Assembly (NCBI RefSeq): GCF_963921235.1
Contig: NC_086100.1
Coordinates: forward strand, 202,060,001 to 202,124,000
Direction: 5' to 3'
Source of the DNA: Mobula hypostoma
Lineage: Eukaryota
Length of the DNA stretch: 64,000 nt
Of the stretch, positions 1 through 14,140 are shown piece after piece. Each line of letters begins with the position of its first letter. Position 1 is the first letter of the stretch. Made by a program: the position numbers and the translations under genes. The notes beneath the pieces are model-generated. The model saw only the letters and a program-made list of their open reading frames with translations. It had not been told where the DNA came from and did not search any database.

Positions 1-388
1 GGGTTTGGCTTTAGTGCAGGGTGCTTGGACTCAAGGTGCCGAAGCAGTTTTGAGGGCTTCATTGCCTCATTAGACAGCTTGTCTCCACATATCACACACA
101 GGGGGCTTGGAGCGTGCGAGTCACCGGTCGCAATAAACCCATATTTTATGTACGACTTGTCGTATTTTCTGTTGAAGGAAGCTTTTTTTTTGCAGTCTCA
201 GCCTCAGCTGTCTCTGCGTTATCATCATCATTAGGCCTTTTATGTCCCCTACCACCTCTTCCAAAGAGACTCTCAAGCGACGTTTGTTTTTTTACTCACC
301 ATATCGCCAAATCATATCGTTCCCTCGCGGCCCAGTAGGAGCTTTGCAGACCGGTACTGGTCCGCGGCCCGGTGGTTGGGGACCGCTG
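1..388 (-). mobile_element. hAT (Charlie/Buster-type) DNA transposon, 5' end with N-terminal transposase remnant
   Basis: TIR-like end cagcggtccccaacc at 388-374. Minus strand from ATG at ~302 reads MVSKKQTSLESLFG, then after a frameshift FNRKYDKSYIKYGFIATGDSHAPSPLCVICGDKLSNEAMKPSKLLRHLESKH (BED zinc finger). Confidence 0.85.
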
Positions 389-585
389 TTGAAAGATCCT
401 ATTGTACCTGCTTCTACCACCATCGCTGGCAGTGCATTCAATGCAACCACCACTCTGCGTGAAAAACTTACCCCTGACATCCCCCTAAACCTACTTCCAA
501 ACACCTTAAAACCATGGCCCCTTGTGTCAGCCATTTCAGTCCTGGGAAAAAGCCTCTGGCTGTCCACATGATCTCATCATCTTTT
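389..585 (-). mobile_element. CR1 LINE 3' fragment
   Basis: Minus strand reads LFPRTEMADTRGHGFKV, the CR1 ORF2 C-terminal TRGH motif. Confidence 0.75.
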
Positions 586-964
586 GAAACCACTGCAAAT
601 CTTTCCCTTTATTGATGCTTTGCTGCACACTTGAATGCTCGGTGGAGGGTCCTGATACTTTTTTGCTAGTGGGGGGGGGTCATAGCCTCGCTGCGTGGGA
701 GGGGGGGGTTGGTGGAGGAAGTTTGGGGTTCTAACATTTTAACTGTCATTCATTCTTTGGGGCACTCTTCTGTTTTCGTAGACGTCTGTGAAGAAGAATT
801 TCTGCGTGTATATTGTACACATTTCTATTGACATTAAATGCACCCATTGAAACTTAATGTCTCCACAGTCTCTATTGCTACCTGTTGCAGAACCCTAGGG
901 TGCAGTTCATCTTGGCTTGGTGACCTTCTCCCTTGTAACAGTTACTGCACTCACTTCTCTAAGT

Positions 965-1200
965 CAGAAACGGTACCGCAGCATAAAAGCCAAGACCAAC
1001 AGGCTCCAGGATAGCTTCTTCCACCACACCACCAGACTGATGAACTCACACTGATCTGAGTGTACTCTATGTTACATTGTCTCTTCTATTATTATAAATT
1101 ACTATGACGGCACATTGCACATCTAAGTGGAGATGTAATGTAAAAATTTTTTACTCCTCATATACGTGAAGGATGTAAGAAATAAAGTCAATTCAATTCT
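965..1200 (+). mobile_element. Rex1/Babar-type LINE 3' end
   Basis: Encodes RYRSIKAKTNRLQDSFF and ends aataaagtcaattcaattc. Confidence 0.6.
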
Positions 1201-3430
1201 TCTCTCACACTCTTCAACATCTGGCACACTGCCGGTGCCCTCCACAGTGAAGATGATGCAAAATACTCATTTAGTTCATCTGCCATCTCCTTGTCTTCTG
1301 CTATTATTTCTCTGGCCTCATTTTCTAGCAGTCCTATAACCACTCTCCTCTCTCCCTTATTTTTTATGTACTTGAAAAAGCTTTTACTATCCACTTTGAT
1401 ATTATTTGCTAGCTTGCTTTCATATTTCATCTTTTCCCTCCTAGTGACTCTTTTAGCTGCTCTCTAGGGTATAAAATCTTCCCAATCCTCTATCTTCCCA
1501 CTAATTTTTGCGTTGTTATATGCCATCTTTTGCTTATAGATTAGATCTGACTTCCCTTGACAGCCACAATTGTCATTTGGGTACTTCTTTGTTTTTGCAA
1601 TACATCTATCCTGCACCTTCCCCATTTTTTCCAGAAGCTCACGCCATTGCTGCTCTGCTGACATCCCTGCTAGGATCTTCTTCCAGTTTAATTTGGCCAA
1701 CTCCTCTCTCATACCACTGTAATTTCCCTTACTCCACTGAAATACTGCTACATCAGACTTTACTTTCTCCCTGTCAAATTCCAAGTTGAACACAATCATA
1801 TTGTGATCATGGGCTCCTAAGGGTTCTTTTACCTTAAGCTCCCTAATCGTCTCTGGTTCATTTCATAACACCCAATCCAGTATAGCTGATCCCCTGGTAG
1901 GCTCAATGACAAACTGCTCTAAAAAGCCATCTCATAGCCATTCAACAAACTCTCTCTCTTAAGATCCATTACCAACCTGATTTTTCCAATTGACCTGCAT
2001 GTTAAAATCTCCCATAACTACCATAACATTGTCCTTTTGACTCGCCTTTTCTATTTCCTGTTGTAATCTGTGGTCCACCTCCCAGGCACTGTTGGGAGGC
2101 CTGTATATAACTGCCATCAACGTCTCTTTACCCTTGCGGTTTAACTTAACTCACAAAGATCCAATATCTTCCAAACCTATGTCACATCTTTCTACTGATT
2201 TGATGCCATTCTTTACCAGTGGAGCCACACCACCCCCTCTGCCTACCTTCCCATCTCTCCGATATAATGTGTAACCTTGGACATTTAGGTCCCAACTCCA
2301 ACCATCCTTCAGCCACCATTCAGTGATAGCCACAGCATCCCCGACAATCTGTAAAAGTGCATCAAGATCATCCACCTTACTTCTTGTACTCCGTGCATTG
2401 TGCACTTTGAATACTGTATTTGCTTCCCTTTGGAATGATTCTGCATCCCTAATGCACAGATACTCACCCTGCTGGCTGCAGTTATGCCCACCCTTCCTGA
2501 CAGTCTGACTGCATGCTATCTTTGCTTTTTTACCATCCATCCTTTCCTGAGCCCCTTCACTCTGGTTCCCACCCCCCTACCAAGTTAGTTTAAATCCTCC
2601 CCAATAGCTCTAACAAATCTGCCTATGAGAATATTGGTCCCCTCATGTTCAGGTGCAACCCGTCACTTTTGAACAGGTCATACCTCCCCCAGAAGAGATC
2701 CCAATGATCCAAGAACCTGAAGCCCTGCTCCCTGCACCAGCTTCTCAGCCACACATTTATCTGCCAAATCATCCTGTTTCTACCCTCACTGGTGCGTGGC
2801 ACAGGCAGCAATCCAGAAATTACTACCTGAGAGGTCCTGCTTCTCAGCTTTCTACCCAGCTCTCTAAATTCTCTCTTCAGGACCTCATTGCTTTTCCTTC
2901 CTATGCCATTGGTACCAATATGTACCAAGACATCTGGCTGCTTCCCCTCCCTCTCCAAAATGTTGTGGACGCGATCTGAGACATCACTGATCCTGGCCCC
3001 TGGGAGGTAACATATCACCTTGGTGTCCCGTTCACGTCCACAGAATCTCCTGTCTGTTCCCCTCACTATTGAGTTCCCTATCAGCACTGCTCCCAACTTC
3101 TCTTTCTTTCCCTTCTGCACCATGGACCCATGCTCAGTGCCTGTAACCCAGCCGCCGTGGCATTCTCCCAGGAGGTCATCCCCCACAACAGTATCCAAAG
3201 CGGTATACTCATTTTTGAGAGGAATGGCCACAGGGTGCTCTACTCTAACTGTCTATTTCCTTTTCTCCTGACAGTCACCCAGCTACTCGCCTCCTGCAAC
3301 TTCACAGTGACTACCTCCCTGTAACTCTGATCAATTATTTCCTTGCTGTCCTGTATAAGCTGAAGGTCATCCAGCTGCTGCTCCAGATCCCTAACACGGT
3401 CTTCAAGGAGCTGCAGCCGGATGCACTTTG
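1201..3430 (-). mobile_element. Degraded CR1 LINE (ORF1 esterase plus 5' half of ORF2)
   Basis: ORF 2623..3231 has SGNH-like motifs (IGNSIVRG, HIGTN, DGLHLN); 2151..2540 is an APE endonuclease fragment (AITEWWL, RGGGVA). Confidence 0.9.
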
Positions 3431-3499
3431 CAGAGAATAGGACAAAATCAGCATGGTTTCCTTTAGGAAAAATCTTCCCTGATGAACCTCTTGGAACTC

Positions 3500-4732
3500 T
3501 GAGGAGATTACAAGTAGAATTGATTAAGGGGATGCAGTAGGTATTTGGATTTTCAGAAGGCCTTTGACAAGGTGCCACAGGAGAGGCCGTTTATCAAGTT
3601 AAGAGCCTATGGTATTACAGGAAAGTTACTAACATGGTTAGAGCATTGGCTGATTGGTAGGAGGCAGCCAGTGGGAATAAAAGGATCCTTTGTCTGGTTG
3701 GCTTCCAGTGACTAGTGGTGTCCTGCAGGGGTCGGTGATGGGACCACTTCTTTTTATGCTGTATGTGAATGACTTAGATGATGGAATAGATGGCTTTGTT
3801 GCCAAGTTTACAGATGATATGAAGATTGGTGGAGAGGCAGGTAGTATTGAGGAAACAGGTAGGATGCAAAAGGACTTGGACAGATTTGGAGAATGGGCAA
3901 TAGGGTGGCAAATTAAATACAATGTGGAAAATGCATGGTTATGCACTTTGATAGTAGAAATAAATGAGCAGACTATTTTCTAAATGGGGAGAAAATCCAA
4001 AAATCTGAGATGCAGAGGGACTTGGGAGCCCTTGTGCAGAACACCCTAAAGGTTAACTTGCAGGTAGAGTTTGTGGTGAGGAAGGCAAATGCAATATTAG
4101 CATTCATTTCAAGAGGTCTAGAATACAAGAGCAGGGATGTGATGCTGAGACTTTATAAGGCACTGGTGAGGCCTCACCTTGAGTATTGTCAACAGTTTTG
4201 GGCCCCTCAGCTTAGAAAAGATGTGCTGGCATTGGAGAGGGTTCAGAGGAGGTTCACAAGGACGATTCCAGGAATGAAAGGGTTATCATACAAGGTTTGA
4301 TTGATAGTTCTGGGTCTGTACTCGCTGGAATTTAGAAGGATGAGAGGGTGTCTTACTCTTTCAAATGTTAAAAGGCCAAGACAGAGTAGATGTGTAAAGA
4401 ATGTTTCCCATGATGGGGGAGTCTAGGACAAGAGGGTACAGCCTCAAGATGGAGGGGCATCCATTTACAAGAGAGATGCAGAGAAATTTCTTCAGCCCGA
4501 GAGGGGTGAAGTTGTGGAATTTATTACCACAGGCAGCTGTGGAGGCCAGGTCGTTCGGTGTATTAAAGGCAGAGGTTGATAGGTTCTTGATTGGACATGG
4601 CAACAAAGGTTACGGGGAGAAAGCTGGGGACTGGGGCTGAGGAGGGAAAAAGGGATCAGCCAGGATTGAATGGCTGAGCAGACTCGATGGACCAAATGGC
4701 CTATCGGGTCAGCTCATGTCTTGTGGTCTTAT
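3500..4732 (+). mobile_element. CR1 LINE, RT and 3' end, degraded
   Basis: SGVLQGSVMGP, KFTDD, LVRPHLEYC and TRGY motifs, followed by a CR1 3' UTR. Confidence 0.9.
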
Positions 4733-4759
4733 AAGGTGGTTAACTGGAGCAGCAAATCT

Positions 4760-6320
4760 GCGATGGCACCAAGGTTGGGGTTGTAGTGGACAAAGGGATC
4801 TGCATCGTGGATAAATGGGCTGAAAATGGCAGATGAAATTTAATGCAGAGAAGTGCAAAGTGTTGACATTCAGTAGGACAAACCACAGTGCACTGTGGAG
4901 TGTGGTAGAACAGACAGATCTGGAAATACAGGTCTATAGGTCACTGAGAGGTAGATCGGGTTGTAAAGAAAGCTTTTGGCACATTGGCCTTCATAAATCA
5001 ATGCATTGAGCACAGAAGATGGGATGTTATGTTGAAGTTGTATAAGATGTTGCCGAGGCCTAATTTGGAGTATTGTGTGCAGTTTTGGTCACCTAATTAC
5101 AGCAAGGTGTAAACAAGGTTGAAAGAGTGCAGAGAAAATTTACAAGGATGTTCCTGGGTCTGGTGGACCTGAGGCTACGTCCACACTAGACCGGATAATT
5201 TTGAAAACGCCAGTTTCACGTAAAAACGACAGGCGTCCACACTAGGCTTTTTAAAAAATACCTCTGTCCACATTGAAACGGATATTTGGGCGAATCTCTT
5301 CCTACTGGGCATGCGCAGGACACACAGAAAACAAGCGAAGAGGAAACTGTATACTTGGTGCGCGTTTGTCCAGTTACAGACTAGAAAAACTTCAAAGGAA
5401 ATTGCCAAACGAAAGACTTGGTGCGCGTTTGTCCAGAAACATTTCCTGCAGCCATAGTCTCTTCACCGATGAAAGGGACAACAGCTACAACTAAATGCAA
5501 TAAGGCTTGTTACTGGGCAAAAGTGAAATTTGCTGTTATCTCATTTGTTTGCCTTACTTTTGCCATGTCTTTGTATTATTTTGCTGTATTTAAGATGTGC
5601 AATAAAACGAGTTACTGGGCAAAAGTGACAATCGCATCTATTGAATACTTGTACAAGCAATACATTAATAAAGCACCTTGTTAAATGTATAAAACATGTC
5701 TGCATCAGTGTTATCTTGTATTTCCATACAATGTTACATTAGGCTGCTACACATCTGTTGTCAGATATTGTTGTGGTGTTTGAGGTTGCGTTCAAGAAAA
5801 CAATGAAATGCCGCGTTGCCACCATTTGTTCCGGCACGTCATGACAGCGGTTTTAAAAATAGCCGGTTACCACGTACTCACTATGCCGGATATTAGGTGT
5901 TTTCAGATTTATTCACTCTAGAGAGCGTTTCTGAAAATCTCAGTTTTCGGGAGAGGAAAATGCAGTTTCAGTGTGGACGGAGGGTCAAAACGAAGAGAAA
6001 AAGCTTCGGTTACAAATTTATTCGGTCTGGTGTGGATGTAGCCTGAGTTGTAGGGTAAGGTTGAATCAGTTAAGACTGTATTCTTTGGAATGTAGAAGAT
6101 TGAGAGGAGATTTGATAGAGGTATTCAAAGTTATGAGGAGTATAGACAGGGTAAATGCAAGCACACTTTTTCCACTGAGTTTGGGTGGGACTACAACCAG
6201 AGGTCATGGGTGAAAGGTGAATGGGGAACATGAAGGGAAATTTCTTCACTCAAGAGTCGTGAGAGTGTGGAACAAGCTGCCAGCACAAGTGGTGCATGCG
6301 AGCTCGATTTCAGCGTTTGT
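4760..6320 (+). mobile_element. CR1 3' fragment interrupted by a Harbinger MITE
   Basis: CR1 RT C-terminal sequence resumes across the 5173-6043 insert (ggacctga|gttgtagg). Confidence 0.75.
5173..6043. mobile_element. PIF/Harbinger-type MITE
   Basis: TIRs ggctacgtccacact / ggtgtggatgtagcc; 3-bp TSD tga at 5170-5172 and 6044-6046; no coding capacity. Confidence 0.85.
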
Positions 6321-6339
6321 GAATTCTACAGACAGAAAT

Positions 6340-8765
6340 AGATAAATTCAGTGAGTGGGCAGGGTCTGGCATTGAGTATTATGTTGGTAAATGTGAGATC
6401 ATTCACTTTGGGAGGAAAAATGAAAGAGCAGATTATTATTTAAATGGTAAAAGATTGCAGCACGCTGCTGTACAGAGGGACTTGGGAGTGCTTGTGCATG
6501 AATCACAAAAGGTTGGTTTGCAGGTGCAGCAGGTTATCAAGGTGGCAAATGGGACGTTGGCCTTCACAGCCAGAGAGATCGAATGTAAGAGCAGGGAGGT
6601 CATGCTGCAACTGTACAGGGTACTGGTGAGGCTTCACCTGGAGTGCTGCGTGCAGGTCTGGTCCCTTACTTGAGGAAGGATATACTGGCTTTGGAGGCAG
6701 TGCAGAGGAGGTTCACCAGGTTGATTCCAGAGATGAGGAGAGATTGAGTCACCTGGACTTAAGAATGAGAGGTGATATTATAGAAACATACAAAAATTAC
6801 GAAAGGGATAGACAAGATAGAGGCAGGAAAATTATTTCCACTAGTAGGTGAGACTAGAAGTAGGGGACACAGCCTCAAGATTCGGGGGAGTAGGTTTAGG
6901 ACGGAGATGAGGAGGAACTGCTTTTCCCAGAGAGTGGTGAATCTGTGGAATTCTCTACCCAGGGAAGCAGTCGAGACTACAGGTGTCCCCCACTTTTTGA
7001 ACATTCGTTTTACGAAACCTCGCTGTTACGAAAGACTTACATTAGTTACCTGTTTTCGCTAACAGAAGGTGTTTTCACTGTTACAAAAAAAGGCAGCGCG
7101 CGCCCCGAGCAGCCGCTCTCCCCCAGAACTGTATTCTCGCCAGCATTGCTTAAACACGTGCCTGTGAGCAGCCGTTAGCAAGATGAGTTCTAAGGTATCG
7201 GACAAGCCTAAAGAGCTCATACTTATCGTAAAACTAGACATAATTAAGCATTTCAATCATGGTGAACGAAGTAAGGACAAAGTGAGTTTGGCTTGTGGAA
7301 GTTGACGAAGATGATGTTGAAGAGGTTTTGGCATCCGAGGACCAAGAACTGATAGATGAAGAGCTGACGCAATTGGAAGAAGAAAGGATAACAATCGAAA
7401 CCGAATGCAGTAGCGAACGGACCGAAAGTGAAGTCGTCCAGGAACTGAACGTGAAGCAACTGCGTGAGATTTTCGCTGCAATTGACAACAATGATTGCAG
7501 AAAAGTACGACTTTAATTTTGAAAGGGTACGTAGTTCCAGGGTATACGTGCAGGATGGTTTGAGTGCTTACAAAGAACTGTATGATAGAAAAATGCATGA
7601 GGCTAAGCAGTCAAGCATACTGTCGTTTTTCAAGCCTTCCACATCAGCCACAGCAGACGACGAACCTCAACCTTCGACATCGAGGCAGGCAGACATAGAA
7701 GATAACCTGCCTGCCCTGATGGAAACAGACGACGATGAGATGACACCCCAGTGTCCCACCACCCCAACCCGCGGGCCGCGAACCAATACATTGCCGCGGA
7801 GAATGCTTCAGTAGCCAGGGAGCACCCTACACATCTTTAAGAAAAAAGCTGAAATAAACAAGCTAATTAATTAGGTGCCACAACTGGCAACCCAATCGGC
7901 AATCGCCTCTGATCTGGGCCGACATTTACGTGCCAGGCGGCACCTAATTAATTAGCCTGTTTATTTCGGCTTTTTTCTTAAAGATGTGCTGGGTGCGTCC
8001 CGGCTACCACTGCATTCTCTGCAGATCGGTATCGGTTTGCTGCCCGGAGGGTGAGGACCACTGCACCACCCTAACCTCCGACAACTCAGCCTAACACCAT
8101 CATCAGTGTGCTCGGCGCTGACTTCCCGATTCCGGTAAGTGATACTACATTGTACATATATTATTTCTAGTTTATATAGGCTGTGTATTTTTATGCGTTA
8201 TTTGGTATGATTTGGCAGCTTCATAGCTTAAAGGTTACTGGACAGAGTGTTCTTGCCAACAGCACTTAAGTTGTGTTTCTGCCGAGAGCACTTGGGTGAG
8301 ATTTTCGCTACGGAGAACAGTGCAGCAATGATTGTAGAAAAGTTTTTCTACTTTATATAGGCTGTGTATTTATCATATCATTCCTGCTTTTACTATATGT
8401 TACTGTTATTTTAGGTTTTATGTGTTATTTGGCATGACTTGGTAGGTTATTTTTTGGGTCTACGAACGCTCACAAATTTTTCCCATATAAATGAATGGTA
8501 ATTACTTCTTCAGTTTATGACATTCTGGCTTACGAACCGTTTCATAGGAATGCTCTACCTTCAGATGGCGGGGGAAACCTGTCCCTCAGTAAATATATTT
8601 AAGGCAGTTGGATAGGATTTTGCACAGTAGGGTAATTAAGGATTACGGGGAAAAGGCGGGTAGGTGGAGGTGAACCCATGGCCAGATCAGCCATGATCTT
8701 ATTGAATGGCGGGGCAGACTCGATGGGCCAGATGGCCGACTCCTGCTCCTATTTCTTATGCTCTG
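6340..8765 (+). mobile_element. CR1 3' fragment interrupted by a Tigger element
   Basis: QRDLGVLVHES and LVRLHLEC motifs; CR1 sequence continues after 8581 into the 3' UTR. Confidence 0.8.
6980..8581 (+). mobile_element. Tigger/pogo-like non-autonomous DNA transposon
   Basis: Starts after TA with caggtgtccccc and ends ggggaaacctg. Carries remnants MSSKVSDKPK...KLDIIKHFNHGERSKD (CENP-B/psq HTH-like) and the acidic C-terminus EVDEDDVEEVL. Confidence 0.75.
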
Positions 8766-8923
8766 ATATTTGGGTAGGTACCTGGATAGTAGCAAAATGG
8801 AGGGCTGTGGTACCCCTGCAGGCTGAAGGGAGTATGCAGATTAAATGGTTTTGGCATGGACGAGAAGGGCTGAGGATCTTTTTCTCTGTTGTACTTCTCT
8901 ATGAGTATGACTCTACGTATTCC

Positions 8924-11900
8924 GTAAGACACAGGAGCAGAATTAGGCCGCTCAGCCATCGAGTCTGCTCCGCTATTACATCATCGCCGGTCCCAGATCC
9001 CACTCAAACTCATACACCTGCCTTCTCACCATAACCTTTCATCCCCTAACCTATCAGGAAACAATCGACTTCTGCCTTAAATATACCCATGGTCCACAGC
9101 ATTCTATAGATTCACTACTCTCTGGCTAAAAAAAATCCTTACCTCTGTTCTAAAGGGTCACCTCTCAACTTTAAGGATACCCCACCATAGGAACCATCCC
9201 CTCCACATCCACCTTATCTAGTCCTTCCAACATTTGGTGGGTTTTAATGAGATCTCCCCCCCCCCAGCCCCGCATTCTTCTAAGCTTCAGTAGGTGCAGA
9301 CCCAAAGCTGCCAAATGCTCCTCATATGTTAACCCCTTCATTCCCGGAATCATCCTCGTGAACCTCCTCTGGACTCTCTCCAATGACAACACATCCTTTG
9401 AGAAATGCGACTCAAAACTGTTGACAACACTCCAAGCGCAGCCTGACTAGTGTCTTATAAATGCTCAGCGTTACCTCCTTGCTTTTATATTCTATTCCCC
9501 TTGAAATAAATGACAACACTGCCTTTGCTTTCTTTCCCACAGACTCAAGCTGTAAATTAACCTTCTGGGACTCCTGGTTGAGGACACCCAAGTCCCTCTG
9601 CACCTCTGATGTTTGAACCTTCTCCCCATTTAGATAGTAGTCTGCACTATTGTTCCTTTTACCAAAATGCATCATATATCTTCCAGCACTGTTTTATCTG
9701 CCACATTTTGCCTATTCTTCCAATTTGTCCAAGTCCTGCTGCAATCGCATTGCTTCCTCAGCACTACCTACCCCTCCACCTATCTTCCCATCATCCACAA
9801 ACTTTGCCACAAATTCCAAACAATGTGAAAAGCTACAGTCCCAACACTGACCCCTAAAGAACACTACTATCTCCAGCAGCCAACCAGAAAAGGCCCCTTT
9901 TATTCCCACTCACTGCCTTCTGCCTGTCAGCCATCTTTCCTGCTATGCTACAGGATTTTATCTTGATAAGCAGCCTCATGTGTGGCACCCTATCAAACAC
10001 CTTCCGAAAATCCAAGCAAATGATCTTAACTGCCTCTCTTTTGTCCACCCTGCTGACTACTTCCTCGAAGAACTCTAACAGATTTGTCAGGCAAGATTCC
10101 CTTTACAGAAACCATGCTGACTTTGACTTATTCTATCATTAGCCTCCAAATACCTCAAAACTTTATCCATAATAACAGACTCCAATGCATTCCCAACCAC
10201 AGAGGTTAGGCTAACTGGCCTATAATTACCTTTCTTTTGCCTTTCTCCCTTCTTAAAACGTGGAAAGACATTCGCAATCTTTCAGTCCTCCGGGACCATG
10301 CCAGAATCAAGTGAAAATTCATAACTAATGCATCCGTTATCTCTTCAGCAACCTCACTCAGGACTCTGGGATGTAGTCCATCTGGCCCAGGTGACTTATC
10401 CACCTTAAGACCTTTGACTTTGCCCAGCATGTTTTCCTTTGTAATAGCAATGGCACTCACTTCTGCTCCCTGACACTCACGGATCTCTGGCACACAGCTA
10501 GTGTCTTCCACAGCGAAGATAGATGCAAAGTACTCATTAGGTTCATCTGCCATTTCTTTGTCCCTCATTACTACCTCACCTTCATTTTCCAGTGATCCAA
10601 TATCAACTCTCACCTCCCTTTTACTTTTCATACAACTATAAAAAACTTTTAGTATCCTGTTTTATATTATTAGCTAGTTTGCTCCCATATTTCATCTTAT
10701 CCATTTTATAGCTATTTTGGTTGCCTTTTATTGGATTTTAAAAGCTTACCAATCATCCAACTTCTCACTCACTTATGCTACCTTACATGCCCTTTCCTTG
10801 GGTTTTATGCAGTCCTTAACTTCCTTTGTCAGCCACGGTTGCCTACCCCTGCCTTTTGAGAACTTCTTCCTCTGTGGGACATATCTATCCTGTGCCTTGT
10901 GAACTATTCCCAGAAACTTCAGCTGTCTCTGCTCTGCCACCATCCTCCTCCAACCCATCTGGACAAGTTCCTCTCTCATGCCTCTGTAATTCCCTTTATT
11001 CCATTGTGATACTGATACATCTGATTTATGCTTCACCCTCTCAAATTGCAGTACGAATTCAACCTAAGGGTTTCTTTACATTAAACTCCCTAGTAAGATC
11101 TGGGTTATTACACAACACCCAATCTAAGATAGCCTTTCCCCGAGTAGGCTCAAGCACAAGCTGCTCTAAAAATCCATCTCATTAGCAGTCAACCAATTCC
11201 CTCTCTTGCAATTCAGCACCAAACTAATATTTCCAATCCCCTTGCACACTGAAGTTCCCCATTACAATTGTGTCATTACCTATATTACTTGCCCTTTCCA
11301 GCTCCCTTTGTAATCTCATTCTCACATCTTGGCTACTACTTGGAGGCCTTTAAATGATTCCCACAATGTTTTATTAACCATGCAATTTCTTAACTCTACC
11401 CACAAAGACTGAACATTCTCTGACCCTGTGTCACCTCTTTCTAAATGTGTAATTCCATCTCTTACCAACTGAGCCACACCACCGCGTACACTTTCCTGCC
11501 TGACCTTTCGATACAAAGTATATCCTTTGATGTTAAGCTCCCAACTACAGTCTTCTTTCAGCCATGACTCAGTGATGCCCACAACATCATACTGACCAAT
11601 CTCTAACTGTTTATCCACCTTATTCTGAATGCCACACACATATAAATACAGCACCTTCAGTCCTGCATTCTTTGCCATTTTGAATTTTGCCTCTGTGGTA
11701 CAATCTCACAAATGCAGACAGAGCAGAGTTTCAATCATTGGCTTGTTCCTCCTTACACTCATCATCTACTTGTAAAGCTGCTGGCTCATCCTCAGCTCCA
11801 TCATCCTGGTTCCCATCCCACTGCCATATTAGTTTAAACCACTCCCAACAGCTCTAGTAAATCTGCCCGGAAGAATATTGACCCCCCTCAGATTCAAGTG

Positions 11901-13130
11901 CAAACTGTGCCTTTTGTACAGGTCACACCTGCCCCAGAAGAGGTCCCAATTATCCAGAAATCTGAATCCCTGTCCCCTGCTCCAATCTTTCAGCCACACA
12001 TTTATATGTCACCTCACTCTATTCCTATCCTCACTGTCGCGTGGCACAAACAGCAGTCCCGAGATTTCTACCCTTGAGGTTCTGCTTCTCAGCTTCCTTC
12101 CTAGCTCCCTGTATATTCTTTTTTCAGGAACTCCTCCCTTTTTCTTCCTATGTTATTGTAAGCTTCTTGCTGCTTACCCTCCCTTTTCAGGATATTGTGA
12201 ATGTGTCCAGAAACATCTTTGACCCTGGCACCTGGGAGGCAAACTACTATCCATGTTTCCTTTCTGCATCTACAGAATTACCTATCTGTTCCCTGACTAT
12301 AGAGTTCCCCATTACCGCTGCAAACCTCTGCAGTTCCCTACCCTTCTGAGCCACAGGGCCAGACCCAGTGCCAGAGGCACAGCTACCTTCCCCCAGCTAG
12401 GTCTCCCGCGCCCCCCCCCACCCACAACAGTATTCAAAATGGAGTACTTATTGTTGAGGGGGACAGCCACAGGTGTGCTCTCCACTATCTGACATTTTCT
12501 CTTCCCTCTCCTGACAGCCACCCATTTATCTGTCTCCTGTAGCCTTGTGGTGACTACCTCCCTTAGCTCCTGTCTATCACTACCTCACTCTCCCTAACAA
12601 GCTGTGGGTCATCGAGCTGCAGCTCCAGTTCCCTAACTCGGTCTCTGAGGAGCTGCTGCTTGGTGCACCTGGTGCAGATGTGGCTAATGGAGAGGCTGGG
12701 AGTCTCCTGGAAATCGATGCACCTGGTGCAGATGTGGCTAATGGAGAGGCTGGGAGTCTCCTGGAATTCCCACATCCGACACCCGGATCAGAACACTGGC
12801 TCTGTCGATATAAACCCCATTCTCTCTAGAGTTGAATAAGAAATAAGGAATGAACTTACCTAGACTCTGCCTGTTCTTGCCAAAGCCCCGTTTGAGCCAA
12901 AGACTTCCTACTGTGCCTTAGATTACTCCAACGACGACCACTCCACTACAGGATACCTCTCTTTTAGAGAGACTGGGTTTCTCGTCGAAGATCTTCGTCG
13001 GACCTGGGTGTGTGTGTGTGTAGTCTCCAAACAATGACTCCCATTGAAAAACTTGCTGCTTTTCAAGCTCTTTGTCAGACCTGTGCAGGAACACTCGTGT
13101 TGCGACAGCGCAGTACTCCAATCAACAGCT
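8924..13130 (-). mobile_element. Near full-length degraded CR1 LINE
   Basis: 3' UTR at ~8924, then RT fragments (KFVDD, DKSPGPDGLHPRVL), EN (VGITESWL), ORF1 (HICTRC, VAVPLNNKY) and putative 5' UTR. Confidence 0.85.
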
Positions 13131-13134
13131 CTGC

Positions 13135-14140
13135 TGAATCATCCCATTATCACCCTCACTGGTGTGTGGCACAGGCAGCAGTCCAGAGATCACAACTCTG
13201 GAGGTCCTGCTTTTTATCTTTCTATGTAGCTCCCTAAAATCTCTTTTCCAGACCTTCCCACCCTTCCTATTTACATCACTGGTGCCAATAAATACTAGGA
13301 CTTCTGGCTGCTCCCCCTACCGCTTTAGAATGCTGTGAACTCGATCCGCGACAACCCTGAACCTGGCGCCAGGGAGGCAACATACCATCCAGGGGTCACA
13401 GGATCTCGTTCCTATTCCTCTATGGAATCTCCTATCACTACTGCAGTGCTCTTCATCTGATCCACAGAGCCAGACTCTATTCAGAAGCATCTGATCCACA
13501 GTGTGGGAACTCAGTGCACCTGACGCAGATGTAGTTATTTGGGAGGCTGGAGGTCTCCCAGATTTCCCACATCAAAGAACATAACCCAGCCCCTGGAGTC
13601 AGTCTCTCTGCAATAACTGTGTCCCAACAGACCAGGAATAAAGAATAAAGAAGAAACTTCCCTTCATCATTGTCGTTGAAATGAATCCTGACCCCTGGCT
13701 GCTCACCTTCCACTTTAGAACACTTAACATCCTCGCAGCCTCCCGAATAATCGGGAATTCAGCCAGTTCCAGCTCCAGCTGGATGCATTTCTTCCAAGTG
13801 AAGCCGTCAGGGAAACGGGAGGCCTCCCTGCCATAACTGCAAACTAACCTTGGGGAATCCTGCACATGGACTCCCAAGTCCCTTTGCGCCTCAGCTTTTT
13901 TTGTATTTATAGTCAAGCCTTTCATTTCTTCAACCAACGTGTATGAACAACACTGTATTCCATCTGCCACTTCTTTGCCTGTTCTCCTAATCTGTCTGAA
14001 TTCCTTCTGCAGCCTCTCTGCTTCCTCAAAACTACCTGCCCCTCCACCTATCTTCAATATCGTCTGCACACTTTGCAACAAAGCCATCAATTCCATTATC
14101 CAAATCACTGACATATAACTTGAAAAGAATCAGTCCCAAC
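13135..14140 (-). mobile_element. Scrambled CR1 ORF1/ORF2 fragments
   Basis: MVCCLPGAR and KIGGGAGSFEEAERLQK fragments. Confidence 0.7.

Noticed and set aside
12660..12770. ~54-bp tandem duplication
   Set aside because: A local duplication inside a dead CR1 ORF1.
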